A stretch of DNA of 64,000 nucleotides. Source: Candidatus Latescibacterota bacterium (GTDB lineage Bacteria > Latescibacterota > UBA2968 > UBA8231). Shown one piece after another: positions 37,760-48,277 of the stretch; within the stretch, counting starts at the first letter, position 1, and every line of letters begins with the position of its first letter. The stretch lies in the NCBI GenBank assembly GCA_965223905.1, contig CBDCXV010000010.1, positions 1,696,001-1,760,000 of the forward strand. Reading direction: 5' to 3'. Both the position numbers and the translations under genes were made by a program. The notes under the pieces are model-generated. The model was not told the DNA's origin and ran no database searches. It saw only the letters and a program-made list of their open reading frames with translations.

Positions 37760-38068
37760 TTAACTCCCGGTCCCTGGCCCTTCCGCAGTTGCCCACTCCC
37801 GTCGCGCTTGCGCCAGTTCGTAGCTCGCCTGCATCCGCATCCAGTGGTCGGCCGTCCCCCAACCGATGTCCTCCAACGCCAGCGCCATATTCGCGGACAC
37901 TCCCGCCTTGCCATTCAGCAGGCGCGACAGGGTGCCCCGCTCGCATCCCAGGCGTGCCGCCGTCTCAGTGACGTTCCAGCCGACTTCCTCCATGCTTTCG
38001 CGGATCAGTTCTCCCAGATGTGGCGGGTTCAGCATGGGACCCACACGTTTACCTTCGTCGTTGTTCAT
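37760..38068 (-). CDS. higA: HigA/VapI-family antitoxin
   Basis: 'MLNPPHLGELIRE...VTETAARLG..R.TLSRLLNG...S..MALAL...W..MQ..Y'. Confidence 0.88.
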   Translation of the reverse strand: MNNDEGKRVGPMLNPPHLGELIRESMEEVGWNVTETAARLGCERGTLSRLLNGKAGVSANMALALEDIGWGTADHWMRMQASYELAQARREWATAEGPGTGS

Positions 38069-38088
38069 TCGCGGAGGCTCCCTTGCGA

Positions 38089-38286
38089 TCAGTGATAGTC
38101 GATCAGGTCCACGTCCACGGCCTCGCGGTCTTCGAAACGGACCACCACGCGCCAGTTCCCGGATACGCGAACGCTCCACTGTCCCGCCCGATCCCCCCTC
38201 AGCGGATGCAGCCGGAAGCCAGGAGCGTCCGCGCTTCGAGGATGCGTTGCCTCTTGCAGCCGGAACAGGATTCGCCTGATCGGCAT
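38089..38286 (-). pseudogene. higB: HigB/RelE toxin, N-terminally truncated
   Basis: 'PGFRLHPLRGDRAGQWSVRVSGNWRVVVRF....DVDLIDYH'; the usual 'I.S..HKGL' N-terminus is absent. Confidence 0.75.
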
Positions 38287-38325
38287 CGCGGCAACTGACC
38301 GGTGACCGGACGCAACGGCGCTCCC

Positions 38326-40647
38326 TTATCGCACCTGATCCTCGCGGATACGGATGGTGCCGTCGACTTCCGGATTTTCGAGCCGGGTCGTCCGACCGGA
38401 CGGCCAGCGCACCTCGAGCCGGGAGACCTCTTCCGCAGAACCAAGGCCGAACTCCAGCGGCAGGCTGTTGGTGGTGCCGAAACCGCCGCCGCTGGCCACT
38501 TCCTCGAGCAGCTGCCGCCCGCCGGCATGGACCGTCACCTGGGCCCCTATGGCGCTGCGATTCGACCGCGATCCCTCCAGCTCGACAGCGAGCCAGTGCG
38601 ATCCCCGTCCCTCGTTGCGGTAGAGGCTGTTGGGCCACAGGTCCCCGGGGTAGTGCCCGCCGATGGCGGCGTAGAGGTCGAGGTCGCCGTCGCCGTCGTA
38701 ATCGGCAAACGTCGCTCCGTGCCCCTTGCCGAGGTTGCCGACTCCGGCCGCTTCGGTGACGTCGGCAAAGCGCTCCCCGCGGTTGTGGTAGAGTATGTTG
38801 GGCTCGAACCGCGGCATGACCGGGCCTCCGTTGGCCAGGTACAGGTCGACGAGGCCGTCGTAGTCGATGTCGCCGATGCCGGCCCCCATGGTGCCGAAGT
38901 TCCGGGAGATCCCGGCGCCGGCGGCGACGTCGGCGAACCGGTCCCCGCCGAGGTTCCGGTAGAGGTGGACGCGGTTGCGGCCCACGGCCCGTCCGGCGAC
39001 CTGCGACTCGACGAACTGCTCGTAGTAGCACATGGCGGAGACGAACAGATCGACGGCGCCGTCGCGGTCGAAGTCGGCGAAGAAGGCGACGTAGCCGCCC
39101 TCCTCCGGCTCGGCCACCCCGGCGCTCGCGGTGACGTCGGTGAAGCGCGATCCCGATTCGTTGCGGTAGAGGGTGTTCGGCCCGGCGACGTCGGCGACGT
39201 ACAGGTCGACGTCCCCGTCGCGGTCGTAGTCGCCGAACGCCACCCCGAGCGACTTGCCCGGGTGCGCGACCCCGAGGCGGTCCGCCCTGTTCTCGAAGCG
39301 GCCGCCGCGGTTGACGAAGAGCTTGTTCGGGGTGCCGCCGCCGGTGATCCCCTCGGCGACGTACAGATCGACCCGGCCGTCGTTGTCGACGTCCCCCCAG
39401 GCCGCGGTGAAACTGTCGTCCGGGTCGCCGACCCCGGCCTCGTCGCTGACCTCGCCGAAACGGAGGCTCCCGAGGTTGCGGTAGAGGGAGTTCGGGGCCT
39501 TCCCCTCCCAGGCGTCGCGGGTCGCGTAGAGGTCGAGGTCGCCGTCGTTGTCGTAGTCGACCGCGGTGGCGCTCCAGCCGCCGCGCGGATCGCCGAGGCC
39601 GGCTGCCGCGGTGACATCGGTGAACTGCGCCCCCGACTCGTTGCGGTAGAGGGAATGGGGAACCTGGATGCCGGTGCTGAACAGGTCGAGGTCGCCGTCG
39701 CCGTCGAAATCCCCCCAGGCGTTGCCGCGGCCGCGGTCGCGCTTCGCGACGCCGAGCGCTTCGGCGACGTCCCGGAAAGCGACCGGGCTATCCTCGCCAA
39801 GATCCGCAACCGTGAGCTGATAATCCGCCGGAAGATCGCCGGGGTAGTCCCCGTGAAGGCCGAGGTACGCCAGGCGCAGGTTCCACTTCATGCGCTGCGG
39901 TTCGCGCGCTCCCTTCGGGGTCGAGTCGAGGGCTTTGCGGTAGGCTGCGATCGCCGCTTCATACTCGCCCAGCCAGTGATGGGCGGTTCCCAGCAGGAAG
40001 GCGAGATGCGTTTTCCCCGGGCTCACCGCGAGCAGCCCGCTCATCTCGGCCGCGGCCCGCTCGAAAACACCGAGGCGCAGCCGCGACGCCGCGGCGCCGG
40101 CGCGGGCCCGGGGGTCGCCGGGGTTGTTCCGCAGCACCGCCTCGTACTGCTCGAGCGCGCCTTGCGGGTCGGGCGGGGCCCGCGTCATCAGCAGGTCGGC
40201 GAGCATCATCCGCGGGCGGGCGCGGTCCGGAAAATCTCCGACAAGGGCCGCCAGCACCTCGCGCGCTTGCGGACGGCGATCGAGCACCACCAGCACCCGG
40301 GCCTGCTGCATTCGCGCCTCTGGCCGGCCGGGGTCGTGTCCGACGGCCCGCTCGAGCTGGTGCAACGCTTCGGGGAACTTCCGCTGGCGCATCAGGATCT
40401 CGCCGAGGCCGAGACGCGCCTCGTAGTGCGCCGTGTCGGCGCGCAGAACCTGCCGCAGAGCCACCGCCCCGGAATCCAGCTTCCCCCGGTGGATAAGCTC
40501 CACCGCGGCCTGGAACCGGGCGCCGGGGCGCTGATCTTCCCCTTCGTCCGGTGGATCTTCCGGGTCGGCCGCGCAACCGCAGATCGCCGCGGCGAGCGCC
40601 ACTGTCCCGAAGCTACGCGGATGCCGCAGCCTTTTCGCCCACTCCAT
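38326..40647 (-). CDS. TPR + FG-GAP/VCBS + ASPIC/UnbV (CRTAC1-like) lipoprotein
   Basis: Lipobox-like 'AICGC', TPR helices, repeated 'DxDxDGDLDLY' and 'LYRN', C-terminal 'AIGA.V...FGLG....VRWPSG'. Confidence 0.9.
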   Translation of the reverse strand: MEWAKRLRHPRSFGTVALAAAICGCAADPEDPPDEGEDQRPGARFQAAVELIHRGKLDSGAVALRQVLRADTAHYEARLGLGEILMRQRKFPEALHQLERAVGHDPGRPEARMQQARVLVVLDRRPQAREVLAALVGDFPDRARPRMMLADLLMTRAPPDPQGALEQYEAVLRNNPGDPRARAGAAASRLRLGVFERAAAEMSGLLAVSPGKTHLAFLLGTAHHWLGEYEAAIAAYRKALDSTPKGAREPQRMKWNLRLAYLGLHGDYPGDLPADYQLTVADLGEDSPVAFRDVAEALGVAKRDRGRGNAWGDFDGDGDLDLFSTGIQVPHSLYRNESGAQFTDVTAAAGLGDPRGGWSATAVDYDNDGDLDLYATRDAWEGKAPNSLYRNLGSLRFGEVSDEAGVGDPDDSFTAAWGDVDNDGRVDLYVAEGITGGGTPNKLFVNRGGRFENRADRLGVAHPGKSLGVAFGDYDRDGDVDLYVADVAGPNTLYRNESGSRFTDVTASAGVAEPEEGGYVAFFADFDRDGAVDLFVSAMCYYEQFVESQVAGRAVGRNRVHLYRNLGGDRFADVAAGAGISRNFGTMGAGIGDIDYDGLVDLYLANGGPVMPRFEPNILYHNRGERFADVTEAAGVGNLGKGHGATFADYDGDGDLDLYAAIGGHYPGDLWPNSLYRNEGRGSHWLAVELEGSRSNRSAIGAQVTVHAGGRQLLEEVASGGGFGTTNSLPLEFGLGSAEEVSRLEVRWPSGRTTRLENPEVDGTIRIREDQVR

Positions 40648-40977
40648 TCACGCCCTCTCGATGTCTCGCAGTAAGGCCACCCAAGGTACGGAATCGATGC
40701 CTCCATCCCGCAGTCGCCGTTTTTCAGGCTGCTGGTGGCCGCCTCCCCGCAGGCGAAAGCGCTGCAGGCGCGCCGCGAATCCGCGATGCAGCGAAAGCTC
40801 CTCCGGCTTTGTCCGGGCCGGGACCGGGAGTCAACGGCAGACCAGGGGGCCTCGAGGACCGGAAAAAGGGAGATTGTCGGTTTCGACGATGCCTCCACCG
40901 CGGCCATGCACAGGACCGCCAGTCTCCCCGAAGCGGGAGGACGCTCAAGCCCCGGCGGCTTCCGGGGCCTCCAGCCT

Positions 40978-43332
40978 CTACAATTCCGCAGCGAAGGCCG
41001 CAAGGCGGCTCAGCAGCACCGCCAGGGCGACCTCTTCGGCAGCGCGGCCGTCGTCGCCCGGGGGGCTCGACCCGCCTCTTGTGAACGCCTCCAGCGCCTG
41101 CAGCACCGTCAGGAAATCGCCGCGCACCTCCCTGGCTTCGAGGTTCTCAAGCGGGGCGCTCCCCCGCATCAGGCGGGCGATGGCGGCGACGGTCCCCATC
41201 AGTCCCTCGGTGTCCTCCTCGTCGTACTGCGCCAGCGCCGTCGAGAAATGCCCCTCGAGATCGTTGCTGATCCGCCGGGCCAGGGGGGCGCGGCTCAACG
41301 ACGCCCCGGCGCGGCTGATCAGGCGCTTGACGACGGCGATGCGGCGGTGCTCGTCATAGGAGACGAGCTTGTAGAACTGGCCGCGCGCCCCGAGGCCGTT
41401 GGCGACGGCGTTGAGCAGCTGCAGACGGATCGCCGGGGAGCGGAACCGGTTCAGCCGGCGCAGTGCCGGCACGACTATGCGGCGGTCCCCCATGCCCCCG
41501 AGGACGTCGACCAGGGTGGGAAAGGTCAGCGGCTCGAAGTCGTTGGTCAGGTGCCAGAACAGCAGCTCCTGCGCCTCTTCCCCCTTGATCCCGGCCAGGG
41601 CGCGGATGGCGCTGATGCGGACCCTGGGGTCGTCGTCGTCGAGGGAGGCGATCAGCGACTCCAGGCCATCGGGAGAGCCGAGCCGGCCGAGGGCCTCGGC
41701 CGCTTCGCCGCGAATGTCGGAAGAGCGGTCGCGCAGCTCGCCGACGAGATACCCCACGGCGTCGCCAGACCGGCTTTCCCCGAGAGCGTGGGCGGCCTCG
41801 CGGCGCACCTCCGCGCTGGCGTCGTGCATGGCCTGCGCAAGCTGCTCGACCGCCAGCGGGCTGTGCGACCTGCCGAGCGCCAGGGCGGCTCGGGCGCGCC
41901 GGCTTTCGCTGGCCGACAGGCGGTAGACGGCGTTGCTGAAGAAGTAGCGCAGCAGGTTGCCCGTCGACATCTGCCGCAGCAGCGAGCGCGAGCTGATCAC
42001 GGAGCGGTCGCGCACCCTGGACAGAAGCAGGAGCGGCGCGATGCCGGCGACGGCGCTGGCGGCGAAGATGAAATGCAGCGGTCCCGCGGTCGCCCCCGGC
42101 AGTTGCAGCTCCACCCCGTCGAGACTGCGGCTCATGAAGCTGCCGAGGAGCGGCCCCAGCCCGTAGATCAGGCTGACCGAGGCCGACCAGACCGCGAGGT
42201 AGACCGGCTTCTTCGGACCCTGGGGAAGCAGGTCGAACATCAACGGCGTTATGCCGGTGCTCACCCCGGCGCCGACGAACCCGCCGATGGTCAGGGCCAC
42301 CGGGATGAGCCAGTAGCTGTCGGCGTCGGCGAAGACCCACAACAGCGGCACCGCGGCGTACGGTCCGAGCAGCAGCTGCATGACCGGCTTGCCGCCGAAG
42401 CGGTCGATCAGCCCCGCCCAGATGCGGTAACCGGAGATCGAGGCGACCATGTTGACCGCGGTAAAGATGGATATGGCCGTGTAGGAAAGGCCCAGGTGCG
42501 TGAGCATGTAGACGCTGTAGAAGGGCGCCGCCAGGCCGAGGGCGAACTGCGAGGAGCCAAAGAACAGGATCGCCCGCCTGAAGTTGCCGTCCCTCAGCGG
42601 CTCGGCGATCAGCCGCAGCTGCATCCGCTCCGAGGTCTCTCCGCCCTGGCGCGGGTACGAGGCCGCTCCCAGGGCCCGGTTGCTCACCCATCCGAGCAGG
42701 ATGCTGGCGGCGAAAACGGAGGCGAAGCCGACCTGCTTGCCGTCTTCGTCGAAGGCGTCGAGGAAGGCTCCGACGGCGATGCCGGAGACCATGGCGGCGA
42801 CCGTGGCGACGATGGTCGCGCGGCTGGTGAAGCGGGCGCGGATGGCGCGCGGAATGATGTTCGATTGCCAGCTGCCGATGTAGGGGGAGCTGAGCTGGAC
42901 GAGCAGCAGGCTGGCGCTCAGCAGGACGACGAGGAGGGGGAAGCGGTATTCCTCGGGGACGGCGAACGGGATGGCGAGGATGCTGCCGCGAAGCAGCATC
43001 GCCCCCATGCGGCTGTTGAGGATGAAGCGCTTCTCTTCCCGGAAGCGGGCGCCGATGAGAGGCGCGGCGAGCTGAGCAAGCGCCATCACCGAGATGATCG
43101 ACGACAGCAGGGCGACGGACGCGGCGTCGGCCCCCAGCCACAGGGCGTAGCCGGTCATGACCGCGGTGCTCAGGCCGGCGAACTGGCTCCAGGCGCCCCA
43201 AAGACCCTGGTGAACGGTGAAGGCGCGCATGCTGCGCACCACCTCGCCGCGGGAAGGAGCGGGGGGCGGGGCCGCGGCCCTGTCAGCAGCACCGCCGCCG
43301 GCGGCCCCCGCAGATGCTGCGCTCTCCTCCAT
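40978..43332 (-). CDS. MFS transporter fused to HEAT/PBS-lyase repeats
   Basis: About 12 TM helices ('LIDRFGGKP') followed by 'VRREAAHALG', 'IRGEAAEALG', 'VRISAIRAL' repeats. Confidence 0.85.
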   Translation of the reverse strand: MEESAASAGAAGGGAADRAAAPPPAPSRGEVVRSMRAFTVHQGLWGAWSQFAGLSTAVMTGYALWLGADAASVALLSSIISVMALAQLAAPLIGARFREEKRFILNSRMGAMLLRGSILAIPFAVPEEYRFPLLVVLLSASLLLVQLSSPYIGSWQSNIIPRAIRARFTSRATIVATVAAMVSGIAVGAFLDAFDEDGKQVGFASVFAASILLGWVSNRALGAASYPRQGGETSERMQLRLIAEPLRDGNFRRAILFFGSSQFALGLAAPFYSVYMLTHLGLSYTAISIFTAVNMVASISGYRIWAGLIDRFGGKPVMQLLLGPYAAVPLLWVFADADSYWLIPVALTIGGFVGAGVSTGITPLMFDLLPQGPKKPVYLAVWSASVSLIYGLGPLLGSFMSRSLDGVELQLPGATAGPLHFIFAASAVAGIAPLLLLSRVRDRSVISSRSLLRQMSTGNLLRYFFSNAVYRLSASESRRARAALALGRSHSPLAVEQLAQAMHDASAEVRREAAHALGESRSGDAVGYLVGELRDRSSDIRGEAAEALGRLGSPDGLESLIASLDDDDPRVRISAIRALAGIKGEEAQELLFWHLTNDFEPLTFPTLVDVLGGMGDRRIVVPALRRLNRFRSPAIRLQLLNAVANGLGARGQFYKLVSYDEHRRIAVVKRLISRAGASLSRAPLARRISNDLEGHFSTALAQYDEEDTEGLMGTVAAIARLMRGSAPLENLEAREVRGDFLTVLQALEAFTRGGSSPPGDDGRAAEEVALAVLLSRLAAFAAEL

Positions 43333-43375
43333 GGTGCCGGCCGTCGGCCGCCCTCCGGAGAGGGCGGCCGAGAGG

Positions 43376-44233
43376 TCAGAAGACTTCGCTCTCCTCGCTC
43401 AGGCTGAGCAGGGGTTCGTAGAGCTTGGGGCTGCGCAGCTTGCCGAGGGCGCGCTCCTTGAGCTGGCGGACGCGCTCCCGGGTCAGCCCCATCAGGCGGC
43501 CGATCTGCTCCAGGGTCAGCGGATCTTCGCCGTTGAGACCGAAGTAGTTCATGATGATGTACTGCTCGCGGTCGTCGAGGTGCAGCAGCGCCCTGTCGAC
43601 CTGGGCCTTTGCCGACTCGTCGAGCAAGCCCTCGTCCGGGGCCTGCTGGCCCTCGTCCGGCAGGACGTTCATCAAGGTGCGCTCGTCGTCGTCGAAGGTC
43701 TCGTCGAGAGAGCGGGGCTGGCGGGCGCTGAGGATGGCGTCGAGCACCTCTTCGGGGGCGATCTCGAGCTCCTCGGCGATCTGCTCGAACTTCTGCTCCC
43801 CCTCCCCTTCGAGGCCGAGCTTGCGCGAGACCTTGGAAATGTCCTTGAGCAGGCTCAGCTTGTTCAGGGGCAGGCGCACGGTGCGCGCCTCGTCGGCGAT
43901 GGTCTGCAGGATCGACTGGCGGATCCACCAGACGGCGTAGGAGATGAACTTGAAGCCCTTGGTGCCGTCGAAGCGGTCGGCTGCCGTCATCAGGCCGACG
44001 TTGCCGGCGCTGATCAGCTCGGGAAGCGACAGACCGCGGTTCTGGTAGTTCTTGGCGACGTCGACGACGAAGCGCAGGTTGGCCTGCACCAGCTCCTCGC
44101 GCGCCTCCATGTCGCCGAGCTTGATGCGGGCGGCGAGAGCGACCTCCTGCTCTCGGGCCAGGGGTCGCGAATCTGCGATATCGTCGAAATACTGCCGCAG
44201 GGCGGATTCGTCATCTTTGGTCAGGAGTCGCAT
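43376..44233 (-). CDS. RNA polymerase sigma-70 factor, short RpoD/SigA-like
   Basis: 'LVQANLRFVV..AK.Y', 'FKFISYAVWWIRQSI', 'TRERVRQLKE'; lacks region 1.1. Confidence 0.92.
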   Translation of the reverse strand: MRLLTKDDESALRQYFDDIADSRPLAREQEVALAARIKLGDMEAREELVQANLRFVVDVAKNYQNRGLSLPELISAGNVGLMTAADRFDGTKGFKFISYAVWWIRQSILQTIADEARTVRLPLNKLSLLKDISKVSRKLGLEGEGEQKFEQIAEELEIAPEEVLDAILSARQPRSLDETFDDDERTLMNVLPDEGQQAPDEGLLDESAKAQVDRALLHLDDREQYIIMNYFGLNGEDPLTLEQIGRLMGLTRERVRQLKERALGKLRSPKLYEPLLSLSEESEVF

Positions 44234-44464
44234 GGTATCCTCTCAATAGCTGCGCAATTCTTGCAGGGAGGACCTGGCAGTTCGCCTCGAGGTTTCCCTA
44301 ACAACTTGTTATTAATGTTTTTACAGTCAATTTCCCGACGGTGGAGAATGCAGAATTTGCGCTATTCCGCGGATCGTCTTTCCGCTTCGCTCCGCAGGAC
44401 CGGACTGGCTGACCCGCGATAGAGGGAAGAGAAGCGATCGTTTTTCTCCGGCACCCGCTAGCCA

Positions 44465-44480
44465 TGCAAATGCGGTGCCA
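44465..44480 (-). promoter_or_regulatory. sigma-54 (-24/-12) promoter upstream of the sigma-70 gene
   Basis: Minus strand TGGCAC-CGCAT-TTGCA, exact TGGCAC-N5-TTGC consensus; IHF-like TTTCAATATGTTA (44499-44511) and palindrome TGCAA-CAT-TTGCA (44570-44582) upstream. Confidence 0.72.
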
Positions 44481-44667
44481 GCTAATGAATCACCGATGTA
44501 ACATATTGAAAACGAATGGATTGCAGTGCCGGTAGCCGCAGCGGAACCGGTCGCCGGTGCGGTAACCAATGCAACATTTGCACGATTTTCCGCCGCGGCT
44601 GACGCACCGCGTGTCTGGACCGGCACTCCTGCCGGCCGTCGCAGCGCAAGTACTCGGGAGCTCCGGG

Positions 44668-45641
44668 TCAGGAAATGGCGACCCGGCGGCCCTCCCTCGC
44701 CGAGATCTCTCCCTGGAGGCTGATCCGCACCGCCTCCCGGGCGAGCTGGAGATCGGCCTTCCATGCGGACGGCCCACCGGCCACCTCGGCAACGAACCGG
44801 CTTTCGAGAGAAGGGGCCTCGGCCGCCGGGGGGTGAACTCTCTGCGAGCCGGCCCGGGACGACAGGGTCCACCCATCGTCTGCCGCGGCCAGGCGGCCGC
44901 CGGCGAGCAGCAACTGCCGCCTCTGCTCCGCCTGCGCGACCTCGACCCCTCCCGCCCAGGTCCAGACCGCTGTCCCCCCCGATTCGAATCCCGCGGTCAG
45001 GGTATTGACGAAGGACCGGTAGCGGCCCGAGCCGCGGTCGAGGCCGGCGTACTGCGCGTGCGCCTGCACCCAGGCCGCGGGCCCGAAGAGGTCGACGAGC
45101 GGGTACACGTGGTAGATGAAGAACAGCATCGGGGGCCCGGATACCTGCAGGTTGAACAGCACTTCCGGGCGCGCCCCGCGGCCCGGAGTCACGCGCGTGA
45201 ACTCGGCGAGCTGCATAGGGCCGAGGGCGGCCACCTGCCGGCGCAGCCACTCATGTTCGCCCGATACCGCTTCCTCGTGGGCGACGCGGACGACGAGGCC
45301 CTTCATGCGCGCCGTCCGCACAACGCTCTCCGCTTCCTCGAGGCTGCGGGCGAGGGGATACTCGGTGAAGACCGGCTTGCCCGCCTCGAGAGCTGCCAGG
45401 GCGATGGCCCCGTGGCTGTCGTTGCTGGTGCAGATGACGACGGCGTCGACCTCGTCGCTGGCCACCAGCTCCCGCCAGTCGCCGAGCAGGGGAACCCCGT
45501 ACTGCCGCGCCAGCGGCGCGCCTGTCGCGGGATTTCGCGCCGCCAGGGCGGTGACGCGGCACCCCTCGAGCCCGGCGAAGGCGCGCAGGCGCTGGGCGGC
45601 CATGCCGCCGGAGCCGACGACGCCGGCGCGCAGGGACCCCT

Positions 45642-45645
<4 letters not shown>
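44668..45645 (-). CDS. Gfo/Idh/MocA oxidoreductase
   Basis: 'GVVGSG', 'VDAVVICT...H', 'GKPVFTEYPLA'. Confidence 0.85.
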
Positions 45646-47540
<1,895 letters not shown>

Positions 47541-47644
47541 AGGGTATGGGTGAAAGATAACCGCCGCCGCGGGGCGGCCTCAAACCCGGAACAGGAAGAT
47601 CCTTTCTTGATGAGGCGCGCCGGCCTGGGCTTTATTTCCGCACC

Positions 47645-48277
47645 ATGGCGGATGTCCTGCACATAGACCCGGATCACCTGAAAGGGCGCTGGCTGCGCCG
47701 CGCCGCGGAGGTGCTGCGCGACGGAGGGATCGTCATCTATCCGACGGATACGATCTACGGGTTCGGATGCGACATCGAGGTCAAGAACGCCATCGAGCGC
47801 ATCCGGCAGCTCAAGGGACGGGAGGCGAAGAAACCGATGTCCTTCCTCTGCTCCGACCTGACCGCGATCAGCCGTTACGCCCGGGTCACCAACTTCTCCT
47901 ACCGCATTCTGAAGCGCTTTCTCCCGGGGCCGTACACCTTCGTGCTCCCGGCGACCCGGGAGACGCCGCGCATTCTGCGCAGCAGGCAGAAGACGGTCGG
48001 CATCCGCATCCCCGATCACCCGCTGACCCAAGGCCTGGTCAGGGAGCTCGGCAGTCCCATCCTCAGCACCAGCGCCAACCGCAGCGAGCAGGAGGTGCTC
48101 ACCGACCCTGTGGACCTCGAAAGGGAATTCGGTTCCCGCGTCGACCTGATCCTCGAATGCGGCGTGCTGCCGGTGCAGCCGAGCACCGTCGTCTCCCTGG
48201 TGGGGGACGAGGTCGAGGTGCTGCGGGAAGGCCGGGGAGACGTCGAGTTCTTCAGGCAGCAACAAGCGGGATCATGA
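47645..48277 (+). CDS. Sua5/YciO/YrdC family (threonylcarbamoyl-AMP synthase-like)
   Basis: 'YPTDTIYG', 'LKGR', 'PGPYT', 'GIRIPDH', 'STSAN', 'PSTVV'. Confidence 0.9.
   Translation: MADVLHIDPDHLKGRWLRRAAEVLRDGGIVIYPTDTIYGFGCDIEVKNAIERIRQLKGREAKKPMSFLCSDLTAISRYARVTNFSYRILKRFLPGPYTFVLPATRETPRILRSRQKTVGIRIPDHPLTQGLVRELGSPILSTSANRSEQEVLTDPVDLEREFGSRVDLILECGVLPVQPSTVVSLVGDEVEVLREGRGDVEFFRQQQAGS

Noticed and set aside
38600-39720. CRISPR-like or tandem DNA repeats
   Set aside because: The recurrence is due to coding FG-GAP repeats; no identical spaced repeats were seen anywhere in the window.
38302-43407. Long plus-strand ORFs 38302..40674 and 40735..43407 (and similar ones such as 22646..25075, 45696..47666, 59653..61587)
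   Set aside because: Antisense shadows of well-supported genes, expected in high-GC3 DNA; no recognisable motifs.
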